DNA of 11,069 nucleotides from a virus (Duplodnaviria; Heunggongvirae; Uroviricota; Caudoviricetes): IMG/VR virus record IMGVR_UViG_2585427777_000015; one strand, 5' to 3'. Shown piece by piece: positions 8,761 to 11,069 of this stretch (position 1 is its first letter; each line of letters starts with the position of its first letter). The notes under the pieces were generated by a model. It saw only the letters and a program-made list of their open reading frames with translations, ran no database searches and was not told where the DNA came from. The position numbers and the translations under genes were made by a program.

Positions 8761-9015
8761 AAAGCCGCGTATCTGTATCATCATGCACATGGTGCCGGGT
8801 GCCTCCCGGTGAGTTCAGCCCGGTGCCACTAAACCCGCGTCATTCTCGTTTTGATAATCAGAGATTATACCGTCACCAGTCGCCCCTCCGCTCAGGGGGA
8901 TTCACCATGCCAGTTTCTTTTAACAAACTCCCCGCAAACCAGACAACAGTCAACCGCCTGAATTGTGAGACATTTAAAAAAAAGGCCCACAAAAGCGAGC
9001 CAGGGAAAATAAGTG

Positions 9016-9092
9016 TGGCGCGTTGTACTGGATTCGAACCAGTGACCGATTGCTTAGAAGGCAATTGCTCTGTCCGGCTGAGCTAACAACGC
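9016..9092 (-). tRNA. argO: tRNA-Arg (anticodon UCU)
   Basis: Hand-folded 77-nt cloverleaf on the minus strand: acceptor GCGTTGT/ACAACGC, D stem GCTC/GAGC, anticodon stem ATTGC/GCAAT with loop CTTCTAA (anticodon TCT), T arm ACTGG-TTCGAAT-CCAGT, discriminator G, encoded CCA. Symbol assigned by position in the Stx-phage-like trio. Confidence 0.85.
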
Positions 9093-9105
9093 AGGATACA
9101 GATAA

Positions 9106-9182
9106 TGGACCGCCTTCGGGGACCCGAACTCCGCGCAACCAGCTTCGAAGGCTGGCGCTCTTTCCTGATGAGCTAATGGCGG
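9106..9182 (-). tRNA. argN: tRNA-Arg (anticodon UCG), with imperfect acceptor and T stems (possibly weakened or pseudo)
   Basis: Hand fold: D stem GCTC/GAGC, anticodon stem CCAGC/GCTGG with loop CTTCGAA (anticodon TCG), T loop TTCGGGT, encoded CCA. One A-A mismatch in the acceptor stem (CCGCCAT/AAGGCGG) and one A-C mismatch in the T stem (CGGAG/CCCCG). Confidence 0.65.
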
Positions 9183-9189
9183 TATGTGA

Positions 9190-9265
9190 TGGTGGCCCTT
9201 GCTGGATTTGAACCAGCGACCTGGCGATTATGAGTCGCTCGCTCTCACCACTGAGCTAAAGGGCC
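9190..9265 (-). tRNA. ileZ: tRNA-Ile2-like (anticodon CAU; Met identity not excluded)
   Basis: Hand-folded 76-nt cloverleaf: acceptor GGCCCTT/AAGGGCC, D stem GCTC/GAGC, anticodon loop CTCATAA (CAT), T arm GCTGG-TTCAAAT-CCAGC, discriminator A, CCA. It closely resembles E. coli ileX as I recall it. Confidence 0.85.
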
Positions 9266-9314
9266 GGGAGCAGAATAATAATGGTGCGTAATTAATTCTG
9301 CAATCTCATCCGTT

Positions 9315-10364
9315 TCAAACGATTAAATCCTGAACTTCCCTGACTGTCTGCTCAAAACGTCCGGTCTCCAGTTCAACGCCAATCGCACGACGCCCGAGCG
9401 CCAGTGCCGCTTTTACCGTTGAACCTGAGCCCATAAAAAAATCTGCAACCAGGTCACCCGGACGACTGCTTGCGCTGATTATCTGCTGCAGCATTTCTGC
9501 CGGTTTTTCGCACGGATGTTTCCCGGGATAGAACTGCACCGGTTTATGTGTCCACACATCCGTGTACGGCACCTGCGCCGTCACACCAAAATACCGCCGC
9601 AGATGCTTATATTCACTCTGCAGCTCCACATACTGCCGGTTCAGTGACGTATACGTATCCACCAGCTGGTGGTGGGGCTTTTCCAGTTCACCGCGCTGAT
9701 GTTTCTCTTCTGCCACCCGGGCAAACAGCGACTGTAATTTCAGATAATCGCTTTCGTTCGGTAGCTGCCACTGACTGGCACTGAACCAGTGCGACACCAT
9801 GTTTTTCTTTCCTGTGGCATCTGCAATCTGTTTTGCCGTTATCCCCAGGGCCGCGCGCGCATCACGAAAGTAAGAAATCAGCGGGGCCATCACATGCTGT
9901 TTCAGTGCACTGCCCTTCGCCGCATACCCGGCATCTTTCGGACGATACGGCCCCTGATAATGTTCCGCGAACAGAATGCGCTCTGTGGCGGGGAAATACG
10001 CCCGCAGGCTTTCCTTGTTGCATCCGTTCCAGCGTCCGGACGGCTTCGCCCAGATAATATGGTTCAGCACACTGAAGCGTTCACGCATCATGATTTCGAT
10101 ATCAGATGCCAGGCGATGACCACAGAACAGGTAAAGACTTCCGGCAGGTTTCAGCACCCGCCAGAACTGCGCCAGACACTGGTCCAGCCACTTCAGGTAA
10201 TCATCGTCGCCCTTCCACTGGTTATCCCAGCCCTCAGGCTTCACTTTAAAGTACGGCGGGTCCGTGACTATCAGGTCAACAGAATTTTCGGGTAACGACC
10301 GGATAAATTCCAGGCAGTCGGCGTTGATTAACTCACAACTGGATATTTTTACAGTATTAAGCAT
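9315..10364 (-). CDS. Orphan DNA methyltransferase, beta-class amino-MTase (N6-adenine or N4-cytosine; DPPY motif before FxGxG)
   Basis: 349-aa ORF. Motif IV DLIVTDPPY near the N-terminus (residues about 30-38) and an AdoMet-binding motif I-like FFMGSGSTVKAALALGRRAIGVELE near the C-terminus; this order defines the beta group. No adjacent restriction endonuclease ORF. Confidence 0.85.
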   Translation of the reverse strand: MLNTVKISSCELINADCLEFIRSLPENSVDLIVTDPPYFKVKPEGWDNQWKGDDDYLKWLDQCLAQFWRVLKPAGSLYLFCGHRLASDIEIMMRERFSVLNHIIWAKPSGRWNGCNKESLRAYFPATERILFAEHYQGPYRPKDAGYAAKGSALKQHVMAPLISYFRDARAALGITAKQIADATGKKNMVSHWFSASQWQLPNESDYLKLQSLFARVAEEKHQRGELEKPHHQLVDTYTSLNRQYVELQSEYKHLRRYFGVTAQVPYTDVWTHKPVQFYPGKHPCEKPAEMLQQIISASSRPGDLVADFFMGSGSTVKAALALGRRAIGVELETGRFEQTVREVQDLIV

Positions 10365-10456
10365 GGATCATTAAGCCTGTCTCTGATAGGCTCATTCTGC
10401 TTTTGCGCAAAGCAGTGGGCCTGAGGTTTGCTTGTGAACCCAACGCATGAGCAGAT

Positions 10457-10487
10457 GGCTGGTGGGTGCCCCTAACACCCACCAGCC
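10457..10487. promoter_or_regulatory. Strong hairpin (12-bp perfect stem) in the leader upstream of the methyltransferase gene
   Basis: GGCTGGTGGGTG-CCCCTAA-CACCCACCAGCC, a perfect 12-bp inverted repeat with a 7-nt loop and no flanking T-tract, so not a canonical intrinsic terminator. Confidence 0.4.
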
Positions 10488-10500
10488 GCCCATTTACCAC

Positions 10501-10528
10501 AAATAAAAAAGCCTTCACTGCGGAAGGC
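10501..10528 (-). terminator. Intrinsic terminator downstream of the small ORF
   Basis: Minus-strand hairpin GCCTTC-CGCAGT-GAAGGC (plus 10511-10528) followed by TTTTTTATTT (plus A-run 10501-10510). Confidence 0.55.
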
Positions 10529-10712
10529 GTCTGTAACAACCGAACTGATAGTCTGCCAGACCCGCCATAACCAGCTGGGTCAGTATTAACTGGCAGCGTT
10601 CGCGTGAAAGGTAAGTATTCTGCGCAATCTCCCCGACTGTCGCCGGGTCGTTAACGCTTAATTCATTAAACACTACTCTGGCGGTTTCTGTCATATCCTG
10701 CTGTTTTAGCAT
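10515..10712 (-). CDS. Small hypothetical protein (65 aa), possibly a winged-helix/HTH-like DNA-binding protein
   Basis: ATG at 10712-10710 with an upstream purine-rich stretch (GGAAAAGGGAAAAAGAC); MLKQQDMTETARVVFNELSVNDPATVGEIAQNTYLSRERCQLILTQLVMAGLADYQFGCYRRLPQ. The track's 94-aa version adds a Cys/Trp-rich extension that looks non-coding. Lies between two terminators; no family recognised. Confidence 0.4.
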   Translation of the reverse strand: MLKQQDMTETARVVFNELSVNDPATVGEIAQNTYLSRERCQLILTQLVMAGLADYQFGCYRRLPQ

Positions 10713-10832
10713 GTCTTTTTCCCTTTTCCGGTTAACGTGACACACCAATAACTCTTGTCGAAAAAGCCAGCAAGCTGAAAGACAGGTATTCACCGCCACC
10801 AGCGCGTTTACTGTACTGACGCGATTTCAGTC

Positions 10833-10857
10833 ATAAAAAACCCGCCAGGCGGCGGGG
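10833..10857 (-). terminator. tR'-like intrinsic terminator about 60 nt downstream of the PR'-like promoter
   Basis: Minus-strand hairpin CCCGCC-GCCT-GGCGGG (plus 10841-10856) followed by TTTTTTAT (plus A-run 10835-10840). Confidence 0.6.
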
Positions 10858-10905
10858 TGTAAAAAATCTTCTAACGTCAGGCATAAAACGCCCATCATTA
10901 GAGCA

Positions 10906-10933
10906 AATTTACCACAGATTCGGGAAAAATCAA
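10906..10933 (-). promoter_or_regulatory. PR'-like late promoter (-35 TTGATT, 16-nt spacer, -10 TAAATT), probable Q-utilisation region
   Basis: On the minus strand just after the Q stop: TTGATT (plus 10933-10928), 16 nt, TAAATT (plus 10911-10906), then TGCTCTAATGATGGGCG. Lambda PR' has -10 TAAATT followed by ...ATGGGTTAA as I recall it. Confidence 0.5.
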
Positions 10934-10938
10934 CAACA

Positions 10939-11069
10939 CTATCGCGTTACCCTCTTTAACTGCCGCTCCGCCCATGCCTCTTCAATGTCAAACCGAACCA
11001 CCAACGTATCGTAAAAGCGTTTCACTGATTTTTTCCACGTATCAAGCGTGATAGCACTCGTCACTTTGC
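10939..11069 (-). CDS. Q: Late-gene antiterminator Q, C-terminal 43 codons (partial; gene starts beyond the window end)
   Basis: Minus-strand frame open from the window edge to TAG at 10941-10939; translation ...KVTSAITLDTWKKSVKRFYDTLVVRFDIEEAWAERQLKRVTR resembles the lambda Q C-terminus as I recall it (...TWSRTVKPLYDALVVQCHKEESIADNILNAVTR) and sits directly upstream of a PR'/tR'-like module. Confidence 0.7.
   Translation of the reverse strand, partial: KVTSAITLDTWKKSVKRFYDTLVVRFDIEEAWAERQLKRVTR

Noticed and set aside
8508-9015. Possible Shiga toxin (stxA/stxB) genes between the tRNAs and nanS-p
   Set aside because: No ORF of adequate length exists in this interval on either strand; stxA alone would need about 960 nt.
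8799-9211. ORFs 8799-9086 (+), 8873-9064 (-) and 9023-9211 (+) across the tRNA cluster
   Set aside because: They overlap well-folded tRNA genes and have no ribosome-binding sites; artefacts of open frames through structured RNA genes.
10357-10539. 60-aa minus-strand ORF between the small ORF and the methyltransferase
   Set aside because: Spans two hairpin/terminator structures and overlaps the methyltransferase start; no ribosome-binding site; likely spurious.
10713-10799. N-terminal extension of the small ORF to 94 aa (MAVNTCLSACWLFRQELLVCHVNRKREKD...)
   Set aside because: Extension is Cys/Trp-rich with no ribosome-binding site and overlaps the tR'-like terminator region; the internal ATG at 10712 has a purine-rich upstream stretch.
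1-11069. CRISPR array, integrase/attachment site, IS element or transposase
   Set aside because: No regularly spaced direct repeats, no recombinase-like ORF and no terminal inverted repeats flanking a transposase-sized ORF were seen.

Overview
This window reads as a rearranged lambdoid (lambda/Stx-phage-like) prophage late region, with every credible gene on the minus strand. From high to low coordinates: the 3' end of a Q-antiterminator gene, a PR'-like late promoter and short tR'-like terminator, a small 65-aa ORF, an orphan DNA methyltransferase, three phage-borne tRNA genes (Ile-CAU, Arg-UCG, Arg-UCU), and a NanS-p-like sialate O-acetylesterase gene. That esterase gene is fused at about 7600-7620 to the last ~80 codons of the tape-measure gene H, followed by intact tail-tip genes M, L, K, I, an AT-rich lipoprotein moron between I and J, the J tail-fibre gene, lom, and the start of stf. 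The fusion implies a deletion of the lysis, packaging, head and proximal tail genes, so this is most likely a defective prophage remnant. No Shiga toxin genes, CRISPR array, integrase or IS element is visible. The most interesting candidates are the lipoprotein moron beside the receptor-binding gene J and the esterase::H deletion junction. All calls rest on reading the sequence and recalled family features; no database search was run.
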